Assembly: GCA_963817525.1 (NCBI GenBank)
Contig: CAWFOU010000007.1
Span: forward strand, 1,088,001 to 1,152,000
Length of the DNA stretch: 64,000 nucleotides
From: an uncultured archaeon
GTDB taxonomy: Archaea > Thermoproteota > Nitrososphaeria > Nitrososphaerales > Gagatemarchaeaceae
Direction: 5' to 3'
A program made the translations under genes and the position numbers. Positions 48,358 through 56,860 of this stretch are shown here, in pieces. The notes beneath the pieces are model-generated. The model was not told the DNA's origin. It did no database searches and was given only the letters and a program-made list of their open reading frames with translations. The stretch's first letter is position 1. Every line of letters starts with the position of its first letter.

Positions 48358-48654
48358 CTTTGTATCGCCTATGTAGTAGCATTTGCAGACTAGCAACAGA
48401 TAGATAAGTATTGCTCTTCGCGTAGGAGTCGCACCAATTACCATCGATCCAGTGCTTGGATGTGGCGCCCTGCGATACCGGGGTGGTCACCTTGCATCAG
48501 ACCAAGGGCCTAAAAGCGACAAGCCATGCTTTAAGACTTATGCGGAGATCACATCATGAGAACGGGCCTGTGGGGACCTCCGCTCCCGCCCCCTCCAGAG
48601 ACGACGGTTTCTCGCCCGGGGAACCGATTTAAGGAGCCCCCGCGGCTCCCGGAC

Positions 48655-49287
48655 ATGCCCGCACCCACCGGCCCGAAGCATAGCAGCGACCTTGGGCGTC
48701 AGGCCACGAAACGAGCCCTCATCGTCGTCGACATACAAAGGGACTTCTGTCCCGGTGGTGCTCTGGCGGTCGCCGAAGCGGACAAGATCATCCCCGCCGT
48801 CAACGGACTGGTCAAAGCATTCAAAGACGCGGGCCTGCCCATATTCTTCACGCGGGACTGGCATCCCAAGGACCACATCTCGTTCAGGGCCAACGGGGGA
48901 CCGTGGCCTCCTCACTGCATCCAGAACACTCCGGGAGCTAGCTTCCATCCTTCGCTCGAGATCCCAGCCGACGCGCAGGTGATAGACAAGGGGATGCTCC
49001 GGGCCGAAGACGCCTACTCCGGCTTCCAGGGGACCGACTTGGCTCGCAGGCTCCGCGACCTCGAAGTCGACGGGATCTATGTCGTCGGGCTGGCTACCGA
49101 CTATTGCGTCAAGAACACTGTGTTGGACGGGTCAGCGCAGGGCTTCGAGACCTTCGTCGTGACCGACTGCGTGAAGGGGGTCGACCTCAAGCGGACCGAC
49201 TCCGCGACCGCGATGCGAGCGATGGCCTCGCACGGGGCCAAGCGGACGACCAGCGGCCGCGTAGTGAAGAGCGCGCCCGGCACCTAG
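48655..49287 (+). CDS. pncA: Nicotinamidase/pyrazinamidase
   Basis: VDIQRDFC.GG.L, TRDWHP, WPPHC, YSGF, GLATDYCV. Confidence 0.92.
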   Translation: MPAPTGPKHSSDLGRQATKRALIVVDIQRDFCPGGALAVAEADKIIPAVNGLVKAFKDAGLPIFFTRDWHPKDHISFRANGGPWPPHCIQNTPGASFHPSLEIPADAQVIDKGMLRAEDAYSGFQGTDLARRLRDLEVDGIYVVGLATDYCVKNTVLDGSAQGFETFVVTDCVKGVDLKRTDSATAMRAMASHGAKRTTSGRVVKSAPGT

Positions 49288-50657
49288 CGGACTATCGCCC
49301 GCATGGCGAGACTCCCCGCCCTGAGGACCAACGAGTCCTCTCCCAACCCCGACGAGAGCTGGATCGCCGTGGGCAGCTCCGCCGAGCCGGGGTTCGAGGG
49401 GATGCTGAGAGACGGGAAGCCACACAAGTTGAAGACCTCGGTGTTCTGCAGGAGGAGCTTCCTCAGCCTACCCGCCTCTTTCCCCTTCACGTCGTCCAGC
49501 CTTGGGGCCACGGCCCTCGTGGTGGGCACCGCCAGCAAGTCGAGCCCCTTCAGGAGGCGCCCGAAGGCGCGGACGGACTCGAGCCTGACGAGGTTGGCCC
49601 CCATGTAGCGGACCTGCCCGAGCTTCATCCCCCGCCTGAGCAGGGTCAGGACGTCCGGGTTCATCTTCGCCGCCACCTTCTCGTTGTTGACGAGCTCCTC
49701 GAAGAACCAGGCCGCCTCCTTGAGCTGGATGGCGGCCCTTGCCAGGGTGAACCTCTGGTAGTCCGAGTGGATCGGGTGCTCCACGGCGACAAAGTCACCC
49801 GACTCCTCCATCCTTTCGACCGCCCTCCAGAAGTTCTTGGCGACCCTCTCCTCCACCTCCTCCATGAAGTGGCCCGTCAAGACGCCGACCCTGACCTTCC
49901 CTCCCCTTCCCTTGGCTCCCCCTCGTGGCTTGCTCGCGCCGGTGAGCTGCTCGTAGGCCCTCACCATGTCGGGCATCGTCTTGGTGAGGAGCCCCACGTG
50001 GTCGAGGGTCGCGCTGAGCGGGAAGATTCCCTCGAGGCTCAGGGCGCCCAGGGTGGGCTTGAACCCCATTATCCCGCAGAGCGCCGCGGGCACGCGTATC
50101 GAGCCCCCCGTGTCGGTCCCGAGTCCCAGGACGGGGCCTTTTGAGATGGCGACGGAGACGGCCGAACCCCCGCTCGAGCCGCCGGCCACCCTCTCCACGT
50201 CGTGGGGGTTCCTCACGGGGCCGAAGTACGAGGCCGCGGAGGTCGCCCCCAGGGCGATCTCGTGCATGTTGGTCTTCCCCAAGGGTATGCACCCCAGGCC
50301 GAGTGCGTCGTCGACGACCTCGGCGTTGAGGCTGGGGACAAAGTCCTTGAAGTAGAAAGTGGCTGCAGTGGTCGGAAACCCGCCGAAGAAGATGTTGTCC
50401 TTTATCGCCAGTGGGACTCCGAAGAGCCCCGAGGATGCCCTGACCTTGCCTGCATGGAGCCTTGCGTCCAGCTCGCGCGCCCTCGAGAGCGCGATTCCCT
50501 TCTTCCCGCCGAAGACGGTGATGTAGGCGTTGAGCCTCTCGTTGTAGCGCCCGATGTTGTCGAGCTCCTCCCTGACCCTTTGCTCGCACGTCGTCTCGCC
50601 CCGCTTTAGTGCCTCTTGATACGCCGAGAACTCGGACTCTAGGAAGACTGCTTTCGT
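49284..50657 (-). CDS. Amidase-signature family protein; apparent ACG start at 50657
   Basis: GVPLAIKDN lies upstream of the track's TTG 50282; also GKTNMHE, GGSSGGSA, GTDTGGSIR. No ATG/GTG/TTG occurs between 50282 and the upstream in-frame TAA. Confidence 0.9.
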   Translation of the reverse strand, partial: TKAVFLESEFSAYQEALKRGETTCEQRVREELDNIGRYNERLNAYITVFGGKKGIALSRARELDARLHAGKVRASSGLFGVPLAIKDNIFFGGFPTTAATFYFKDFVPSLNAEVVDDALGLGCIPLGKTNMHEIALGATSAASYFGPVRNPHDVERVAGGSSGGSAVSVAISKGPVLGLGTDTGGSIRVPAALCGIMGFKPTLGALSLEGIFPLSATLDHVGLLTKTMPDMVRAYEQLTGASKPRGGAKGRGGKVRVGVLTGHFMEEVEERVAKNFWRAVERMEESGDFVAVEHPIHSDYQRFTLARAAIQLKEAAWFFEELVNNEKVAAKMNPDVLTLLRRGMKLGQVRYMGANLVRLESVRAFGRLLKGLDLLAVPTTRAVAPRLDDVKGKEAGRLRKLLLQNTEVFNLCGFPSLSIPSNPGSAELPTAIQLSSGLGEDSLVLRAGSLAMRAIVR

Positions 50658-50756
50658 AGCTCTCGAAGCGACCGCCGGGTATTAATCAGATTCTGTTTTG
50701 AAGAAAAAATGGAGGAAGAAGGCACGGCCACTCGGGCCATGCCCTATTGCTGTCTC

Positions 50757-51488
50757 TTACTTGTGATGCCCAGATTGGCCTTGTCCGCCCTGGGGACCCT
50801 GCGGGCCTCCGGGGAGCGGCGGCTGGCCGCCGTTGGCGCTGTTCGTGCTGTTGGTGCTTGTGGTTGCGGGGAATGGGGAAGACGTTATCGTGCCTTGGCC
50901 TGTCTGGAGCACGAGCGAGCTCTGGCCAGGGTTAGACGACGTGTCGAAGATCTGGATGGACACCACGTAGGTGCCCGTCTTGAGGAGGACTTGGTTGTCG
51001 ATCTGCCCGTTGCCCGCCGGCCCGGTCACCAGGTTGCCCAGCGTGTAGCTCGTGCCGTTGGCGACGAGGACCACGTTGTATTGGGTGACTGGCTTCGCGA
51101 AGCGGAGGACGATTTGGACGTTGAAGATGCCGCCGACGCTAGTTATGGAAGCGAGGCAACCTCTCCCGCTAGAGAAGGAGATGCTGCTGCTCGCCGAGCC
51201 TGAAGCTCCCGTGGCCGTGATCGGGAGGACTAGCCTTCCGACTTTGACGGGCGTAGGGGGCTGGCATAGCGTCTGGTTCGCGGTCGTAATTGTGGTAGTG
51301 GTGGAAGTCGAGTTCGAAGTGGTCGTGGAGTTGCTGTCGGAGCCCGCCAGGGCTACCGTTAGGATTGTGGCCGGCGCCCCCGCCGAGGGCGCGGACTGGC
51401 CTTGGGCGTACGCGACGACCCCGCCTGAGACCAGGACGAGCATCGCGGCGACGATCAGGATCTGGAGTCTGGCTGTATTCACTTGCAT
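50757..51488 (-). CDS. Secreted Ser/Thr-rich hypothetical protein
   Basis: Signal peptide, S/T tracts, Gly/Gln/Pro tail. Confidence 0.7.
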   Translation of the reverse strand: MQVNTARLQILIVAAMLVLVSGGVVAYAQGQSAPSAGAPATILTVALAGSDSNSTTTSNSTSTTTTITTANQTLCQPPTPVKVGRLVLPITATGASGSASSSISFSSGRGCLASITSVGGIFNVQIVLRFAKPVTQYNVVLVANGTSYTLGNLVTGPAGNGQIDNQVLLKTGTYVVSIQIFDTSSNPGQSSLVLQTGQGTITSSPFPATTSTNSTNSANGGQPPLPGGPQGPQGGQGQSGHHK

Positions 51489-51604
51489 GCTGCTTCGTAT
51501 ACGCAGCTACTCGTAGGCGATATAATGACCCGCATCCAGGAAGTGGAATTCCAGAGAAATTTCAGGTTTCCGCGGGGAAACCGGCGTTTCTGACGAGAAC
51601 CCGG

Positions 51605-52156
51605 CTAGCAGCAGTCGTCGGAGGGTTCCCCGCCCGCCGCCTCGAACCTGAACTCGACGTAGGAGTTAGGAGGGAGGCCGAAGATGGTCGGGCTGACCGT
51701 ACCGCGTATCTCGTAGCTGGGAGCCGACCCGCCCCACGAAGCGATGTAGTTGTTGTCGTACTGCCCGGCCCAGATGGTGTCGTTGTCCTCCCAGGGCATG
51801 ATGACAGGGTGCCCCCCGATGGTCATTGAGATCTGGTTCACCGAGATGGTGTAGTTGCTGATGGAGATCAGGTGGTTCGCGAGCATGTCTGTCCCCGAGA
51901 GGAAGGTGAAGAGGATCGACCCGTTCCCGTTGTTGGCCGTGAGAGTCGCGTTGTACGAGGCCGTCTGGTAGCCCGCGGTGGAGTTGGACATGCCAGCCTC
52001 GTTGATGAAGAGGGTCCCGTACATCGTGCCGCCCTGCTTGGGGGAGAGCGCGACGTATGCGACTCCGATGAACGAGACGGAAATGATTATGGCCCCTACC
52101 GACAGGACGAGGAGCCAACTGCCGCTCATCGTCTTCGCCGGAATCAGACCAGACAC
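51605..52156 (-). CDS. Membrane-anchored hypothetical protein
   Basis: N-terminal TM, Asn/Thr-rich ectodomain, C-terminal DDCC. Confidence 0.7.
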   Translation of the reverse strand: MSGLIPAKTMSGSWLLVLSVGAIIISVSFIGVAYVALSPKQGGTMYGTLFINEAGMSNSTAGYQTASYNATLTANNGNGSILFTFLSGTDMLANHLISISNYTISVNQISMTIGGHPVIMPWEDNDTIWAGQYDNNYIASWGGSAPSYEIRGTVSPTIFGLPPNSYVEFRFEAAGGEPSDDCC

Positions 52157-52347
52157 GCTTTTCGGCCTCGATTCACTAGCAGATTAATATTCCTGAGAGG
52201 GCGCTCGCGAAGAGAATGCCAGCCAAGACAGGGCCGAAGAAGGGCGCCGGGTGGGACACGCTCAAGGTCTACGGAAGGGCTGCCGTCGCCTCCGTCCAGG
52301 CGTCGTGGTCGAAATCTACGGGAACTTCGCCCTCTTGTTGAGGAAAG

Positions 52348-52737
52348 ATGACACAGATGGCTATCGGCGTATCCGCCCAAACTGCTAGCATGCCAGAGGT
52401 GCAAGGAGTCACCAAGCAGCAAGCCCAGGCTGCCCAGGCCTCGAAGCTCAAGAAGATCGAGATGTATGCGGCCCACCTCGTCAACGAGGCGGTAGCCAAG
52501 GAGAAGGCTGGAAGGTTCGGCGACTCGATCGTCGACTACCTCCAGGCCGCTGACCTCCTCCTCCTACTGGCAAAGGGCACCCCGGACTACACCCCCTGGA
52601 AGGCCTTTAGCGACAGGGCCATCGCCTGCCAGCAGAGGGTGAGGATCCTCATAGCGAAGAGGCAGCTCGCGGAGCAGGCCGCCGAGGCAGCGCCCACCCG
52701 CGCCCCGCGGGTCGCGCCCGTGCGAGACAAAGTATAG
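52348..52737 (+). CDS. Stand-alone MIT-domain-like protein
   Basis: Three-helix pattern YAAHLVNEAVAKEKAG..DSIVDYLQAADLL..L....PD......DRA...QQRVRIL, resembling the CdvC/Vps4 N-domain. Confidence 0.6.
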   Translation: MTQMAIGVSAQTASMPEVQGVTKQQAQAAQASKLKKIEMYAAHLVNEAVAKEKAGRFGDSIVDYLQAADLLLLLAKGTPDYTPWKAFSDRAIACQQRVRILIAKRQLAEQAAEAAPTRAPRVAPVRDKV

Positions 52738-52762
52738 ATTCACCCCGCGCAGGCGCCTCTCG

Positions 52763-53044
52763 ATGACGAGGGCGGTCACGGTGGTCTCTCGCAAAGGCTG
52801 CCGTCTTTGCGAGAAGGTCGTGGGGACCCTAAACTCGCTCTCGCAGCGCTACGACCTCGAGGTCAAGGTGGTCGACATCGACGAAGACCCGGAACTCCAC
52901 GAAAAGTACTGGCTCACCATCCCGGCCGTCCTCATCGACGGCAGGGACGTCTTCGATGCACGGCACATGGGGGGCGAGCTGAACTACGCCATAATCCTGG
53001 AGCGGCTCTTGATGGCGTACGACTCGTCCGCTGTCTCAGCCTGA
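52763..53044 (+). CDS. Glutaredoxin-like (DUF836) protein
   Basis: SRKGCRLC, VDID.D..L..KY...IP. Confidence 0.88.
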   Translation: MTRAVTVVSRKGCRLCEKVVGTLNSLSQRYDLEVKVVDIDEDPELHEKYWLTIPAVLIDGRDVFDARHMGGELNYAIILERLLMAYDSSAVSA

Positions 53045-53054
53045 CGCTTCGTGC

Positions 53055-53768
53055 CTACTTGGTGGCCTGGGTACCGTATTTCTGGGCCACGCTCCTCCTC
53101 CACATGAAGAAGCCGAGCCCGGCAACTACGATGATGATCACGGCCACGATGACGTAGAGGAGCGAGCCCAGTCCTCCAGAAGATTTCGTGGTGGAGGTCG
53201 TGCTCGTCGATGTGCTCGTCGTGACTAGGATGGTCGTGCTCGTCGATGTGCTCGTCGTGGTCGACGATGTGCTCGTAGTGCTGCTGCTCGTCGACGAAGA
53301 GGTGGTCGACGAGCTAGTCGAGCTGCTGCTGGACGAGGACGTCTTGCTGCTCACCCCGGCCGTGTAGTTGAACTTCACCGTGCCGATCGCGCTCACCCCA
53401 TTGCCTCCCCAGGTGGCGTTGACGACATACGTCCCGGTAGTCCACTGAGCTGCCCCCGGAATTGAAGTGTAGCTGAAGTTTCCTGTGGTCGTGTTAGGGG
53501 CTTCCTCCGCGATGTCGACGGCGTCCGTCTGGGGCCCCGCAGCGTTGTAGATCGTTATGATCACGCCGGTGTTGGCCAGCGCCGTGGCGTTCACCGGGCT
53601 GATGCTGCCAGTTATGACGATGGGCGTCGTCCCGGAGTACGATGGCGCGTTCGTCTGGACGGTGACCATGTACGTCGCCTGGGCCAAGGCCGGCACGAAG
53701 AAACTGCCGACCGCGAACAGGACCAGCGCCAAAAATGACGCGCCGCGGAATGCTTTCCTCAAAGACAC
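53055..53768 (-). CDS. Cell-surface protein with Ser/Thr stalk and C-terminal TM anchor
   Basis: Signal peptide, Ig-like GTYVVNATW, S/T tract, TM + RR tail. Confidence 0.78.
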   Translation of the reverse strand: MSLRKAFRGASFLALVLFAVGSFFVPALAQATYMVTVQTNAPSYSGTTPIVITGSISPVNATALANTGVIITIYNAAGPQTDAVDIAEEAPNTTTGNFSYTSIPGAAQWTTGTYVVNATWGGNGVSAIGTVKFNYTAGVSSKTSSSSSSSTSSSTTSSSTSSSTTSTSSTTTSTSTSTTILVTTSTSTSTTSTTKSSGGLGSLLYVIVAVIIIVVAGLGFFMWRRSVAQKYGTQATK

Positions 53769-53915
53769 TACCTCGCGGACGTTAGCAAAAGCACGATGGG
53801 TATAAGTGTATCAGAAGACCGTTCCATATTTCATGGCCTTGGCGGGAGAGGCTAGTCGGCCGAGAATATTCTAATCAATCCAACTAATATAGTAGGAATA
53901 TGCTTGGAGAGAATA

Positions 53916-54113
53916 ATGCGGAGCCTTGTCGTAGTAGGAGTGGCGCCCGACCGCGCCGTGAACAGGTTTCACCAGGCCTCTCTCCTCGAGGCGAGGAACC
54001 TGAGGGACTTCCTCGAGCAGACCGGCGACTACGAGTCGGTCGGCATCTACGAGCTGGAAAAGTCCGAGGGGCCCATGACACAATGGGCGGAGCTCCAAGA
54101 GAGCTCCCCATAG
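53916..54113 (+). CDS. Small hypothetical protein
   Basis: Short ORF after an AT-rich promoter; host-like codon usage. Confidence 0.45.
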   Translation: MRSLVVVGVAPDRAVNRFHQASLLEARNLRDFLEQTGDYESVGIYELEKSEGPMTQWAELQESSP

Positions 54114-54121
54114 CTTCGCCT

Positions 54122-54508
54122 CTAGCCGACTATCTTCGTGATTTCCTTCGCGAGGCCGTTCTCGACGTGCGTCGTCCAGAGCATCTCAGGGACGTCGACG
54201 ACCAGAAACAGCCAGGTCAGGAGGATGGCCTCTGCGGCGGCTACCGCCAGGTTCTGGATCCACTTGCCGATGCCGATGTGGACGGTGAAGTCGTTCGCGT
54301 CCCCGGTTATCATTATCGTGAAAGCCCTGTTCGCGTCGATGATGCCGCGAAGGACCCCCGCCTTTTGCGCCTGAATCACCCTGCCCAGCGGAGGGTTCGC
54401 GGACTGGGTCTTGTATCCCTCCGACTTTAGCTGCGTCTCTATCTGTGACGCGAGCTGGTCGAGGTCCCTGTTCTTGTTTTGGAAGTGCAGCGTCTTCTCA
54501 GAAACCAT
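54122..54508 (-). CDS. Hypothetical protein
   Basis: Clean ORF with a TATA box upstream and one hydrophobic segment. Confidence 0.7.
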   Translation of the reverse strand: MVSEKTLHFQNKNRDLDQLASQIETQLKSEGYKTQSANPPLGRVIQAQKAGVLRGIIDANRAFTIMITGDANDFTVHIGIGKWIQNLAVAAAEAILLTWLFLVVDVPEMLWTTHVENGLAKEITKIVG

Positions 54509-54610
54509 GTTCTATCTCCCTTGTCGGCCCTTGGTCAGTTTATACGGGTTTCTGCGCCTCTTGGTCCATCGGGCCGAGGACTCGGCCGCCCGATTCGCCC
54601 ACCGCTCGGG

Positions 54611-55069
54611 CTACCCGCCGCGCAGGATGTCGCTGGCCTGGACCGCCTTCGGGCCTGTGTACGAGGAGCGCTTCAGCATCTGCTGGTAGCTCCGGTCCTC
54701 TATCGCCGTGGGCTTTGGCGACCAGTGGTCTCCGTCGTCGTCCTCCTGGTAGTTGAAGAAGATCCGTATGGCGTAGTCGCCTGCCCCGTCCTGGTTGTGC
54801 TCGTCGTAGTCCGGGTCCCACCTCACCTCGCCGTCAGGGAATTCCTTCTCGAAGCTCCTGAGGAAGCCCGGGAGCTTTGACAGCCACAGAGGATTGGGGT
54901 GCGAAACCAGCCCGTCCTTCCAATACACGGGGATCACGACCCGCCCCAACGCGCTGCTCGAGAGCAGCTTCTCCGCCGACGCCTTGTCGGCTCCTATGGA
55001 GAGCAAAGACTTGCGCAGCTCTGCGCCTCCCGCCTTTGTCTCCGATTTCCCGGACTTGCCTTTTGCCAA
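54611..55069 (-). CDS. Hypothetical protein
   Basis: C-terminal part of track ORF 54611..55420; TTG start inferred. Confidence 0.55.
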   Translation of the reverse strand: MAKGKSGKSETKAGGAELRKSLLSIGADKASAEKLLSSSALGRVVIPVYWKDGLVSHPNPLWLSKLPGFLRSFEKEFPDGEVRWDPDYDEHNQDGAGDYAIRIFFNYQEDDDGDHWSPKPTAIEDRSYQQMLKRSSYTGPKAVQASDILRGG

Positions 55070-55092
55070 GACCCCTACCGCCGCGCGTCCTC

Positions 55093-55380
55093 CTAAAATA
55101 CCTGAGGCCTGGCGAGGAAGATTGCGAACGCCCCCCACAGCACCGCGGCCACGACGACGGGCGCCCAGAACTCCGCCTTTGAGGTCTTGTGGTGGAAGAC
55201 CAGCCCTCCGACGACTATCCCTAGGACCCCGCCGAGCAACGCGGTCGCCCAGAGCATCCTTTCGCTTATCCTGCTGCGCCTCCCCACAGCGAGCAGCTTG
55301 TCGACCCCCATCTCGGCGAACCCAACGAGAGTGAGGAGAGCGGCCCAGTAGAATACCGGCGAGGCGGGCACCGCGATCAA
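55093..55380 (-). CDS. DUF1294-family membrane protein
   Basis: MGVDK..A....RISE..L...LLGG..G......HHKTSK. Confidence 0.88.
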   Translation of the reverse strand: MIAVPASPVFYWAALLTLVGFAEMGVDKLLAVGRRSRISERMLWATALLGGVLGIVVGGLVFHHKTSKAEFWAPVVVAAVLWGAFAIFLARPQVF

Positions 55381-55456
55381 CTTGCTCGACCCGATACGGC
55401 CGGCCGGGTTTTAACCGCAACCCCGCCTCGCCGTCGAAGAGAGAGCGGAGGCGGGC

Positions 55457-55798
55457 CTACGGGCCGCCGGCCGAGATCCAGATCACGTTGCCGTCTGGGT
55501 CCTTGAATTGGGAGATCTCGCCCCACTCGGTCTTGGTGTAGTCCATCGCGAACTTCACTCCCTTCTTCTTTAGGTCGGCAACCGTCCCCTTGAGGTCCTC
55601 GCTGTAGAACCCTATCCCGGTGTTCCCGGGCTCGAGCTTCCCCTCGCAAAGGTGCAGCTTCCATTTCGCGCCCTTCGGCCAGGCGGTGACCCAGTGGTCC
55701 TCCTCGGACGTCTCGAAGCCCAGCTTCTCCGCGTACCAGGCCGCGGACTTTTTCGCATCGGAAACCATGAGCGCAACGCTCATCTCTTTTGAAACCAT
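55457..55798 (-). CDS. VOC/glyoxalase-family protein
   Basis: WYAEKLGF, WG...FKDPDGN. Confidence 0.9.
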   Translation of the reverse strand: MVSKEMSVALMVSDAKKSAAWYAEKLGFETSEEDHWVTAWPKGAKWKLHLCEGKLEPGNTGIGFYSEDLKGTVADLKKKGVKFAMDYTKTEWGEISQFKDPDGNVIWISAGGP

Positions 55799-55843
55799 GG
55801 GCGCACTCGAATCAGGGTCGCTTTTCCCCTTTTCGGCGACCCT

Positions 55844-56365
55844 TCAGGCGAGGTCGGAGGGCTTGAGCGTCTCACCGTATCTCTCCGGGAAGACGAGTTC
55901 CTCGATGGGCTTCCTGTTCTTCTTCCCAAGGATCTTTCTCTTGGGGTACCCGAACCCGAGCACCGCGGAAGGCTTCAGGCCGTCGGGGATCGCATAGTCC
56001 TTTCGGAGCGACGCCTCGCCGACCCCCGTGTAGATGCCCGACGCGACCCCAAAGTTCCAGGCCGCGAGCTCCATGTCCTGGACGACGCGCCCCGCGTCGA
56101 TGCTGCTCCCGGGCACCTTCGGGTCCGTGAGGATGATGATAGCAAAGTCCGCGCCCTCCACCCACTTGCCCGTCATGCTGTCCGCGGCCAGCCTCTTCAG
56201 GTTGGACCTCTCCTGCACGAGGACGAAGCGCCAGTGCTGAGTGTTCATCGAAGAGGCCGTGAGCCTAGCCGCCTCGAGGATCTTCCTCTTCGTCTCGCCG
56301 GGGACCTTCTTGGAGGCGAACTCCCTCACGTCCAACTTGGTGGAGATGGCATCGAATGCGTCCAA
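55844..56365 (-). CDS. Nitroreductase-family protein
   Basis: VREF, ILEAARL.ASS.N.Q.WRFV, GFGYP. Confidence 0.9.
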   Translation of the reverse strand: MDAFDAISTKLDVREFASKKVPGETKRKILEAARLTASSMNTQHWRFVLVQERSNLKRLAADSMTGKWVEGADFAIIILTDPKVPGSSIDAGRVVQDMELAAWNFGVASGIYTGVGEASLRKDYAIPDGLKPSAVLGFGYPKRKILGKKNRKPIEELVFPERYGETLKPSDLA

Positions 56366-56451
56366 AGCAATCGAAATCCCGCTCCGCTCTCAGATTAGCC
56401 TTCCGGTGGGGCTTCGCTAGACATTTAACCCGAGAGACCTCGCGGAGAGAC

Positions 56452-56835
56452 ATGACATCCCCTTCTGGGGTCAGTCCTTCCTTGCCGAGCAGGACAAGAA
56501 GGCTGTTCTACTCCATATCCGCCATCACGATCGTCATGGTGGTCGGGATCGTCGGATTCCACCAGATCGAGGGGATGGACTGGGTGAACGCCATCTACTT
56601 CGAGAGCATGCTCGCCACCGGGCAGGGGCCGCCACTCACGCTCAACACCGACGCGGGCAAGCTCTTCGCATCGGCCATGGGCTTCGTCTCCTTCGGCACC
56701 GTGCTCACGGGCCTGCTCGTCACCCTCGTCCCGATACTCTCACAGCTCTGGCGCGAGGGTTTGGAGCGGGCTGAGAAGGACGTGAAGGCGATCGAGGGAG
56801 ACCTCGTCCACAGGAAAGAGGAAGGCGACAAGTAG
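56452..56835 (+). CDS. Two-TM ion-channel-like protein
   Basis: TM-pore helix-TM layout (EGMDWVNAIYF..MLATGQGP...GKLFAS); no GYG filter. Confidence 0.7.
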   Translation: MTSPSGVSPSLPSRTRRLFYSISAITIVMVVGIVGFHQIEGMDWVNAIYFESMLATGQGPPLTLNTDAGKLFASAMGFVSFGTVLTGLLVTLVPILSQLWREGLERAEKDVKAIEGDLVHRKEEGDK

Positions 56836-56860
56836 CCGTCAGCCCTCGCCGGCTTTGCGT

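Noticed and set aside
48358-48654. About 300-nt lower-GC gap next to hxlR with a short open frame (ITIDPVLGCG...)
   Set aside because: Possibly a remnant of a lost divergent target gene, but it has no start codon or convincing homology.
53196-53259. 28-bp direct repeat GGTCGTGCTCGTCGATGTGCTCGTCGTG (two copies)
   Set aside because: Encodes the Ser/Thr stalk of a surface protein; no spacer structure, so not CRISPR.
53862-53872. Short palindrome AGAATATTCT in an AT-rich divergent promoter
   Set aside because: Single short copy with different geometry from the other motifs; could be chance.
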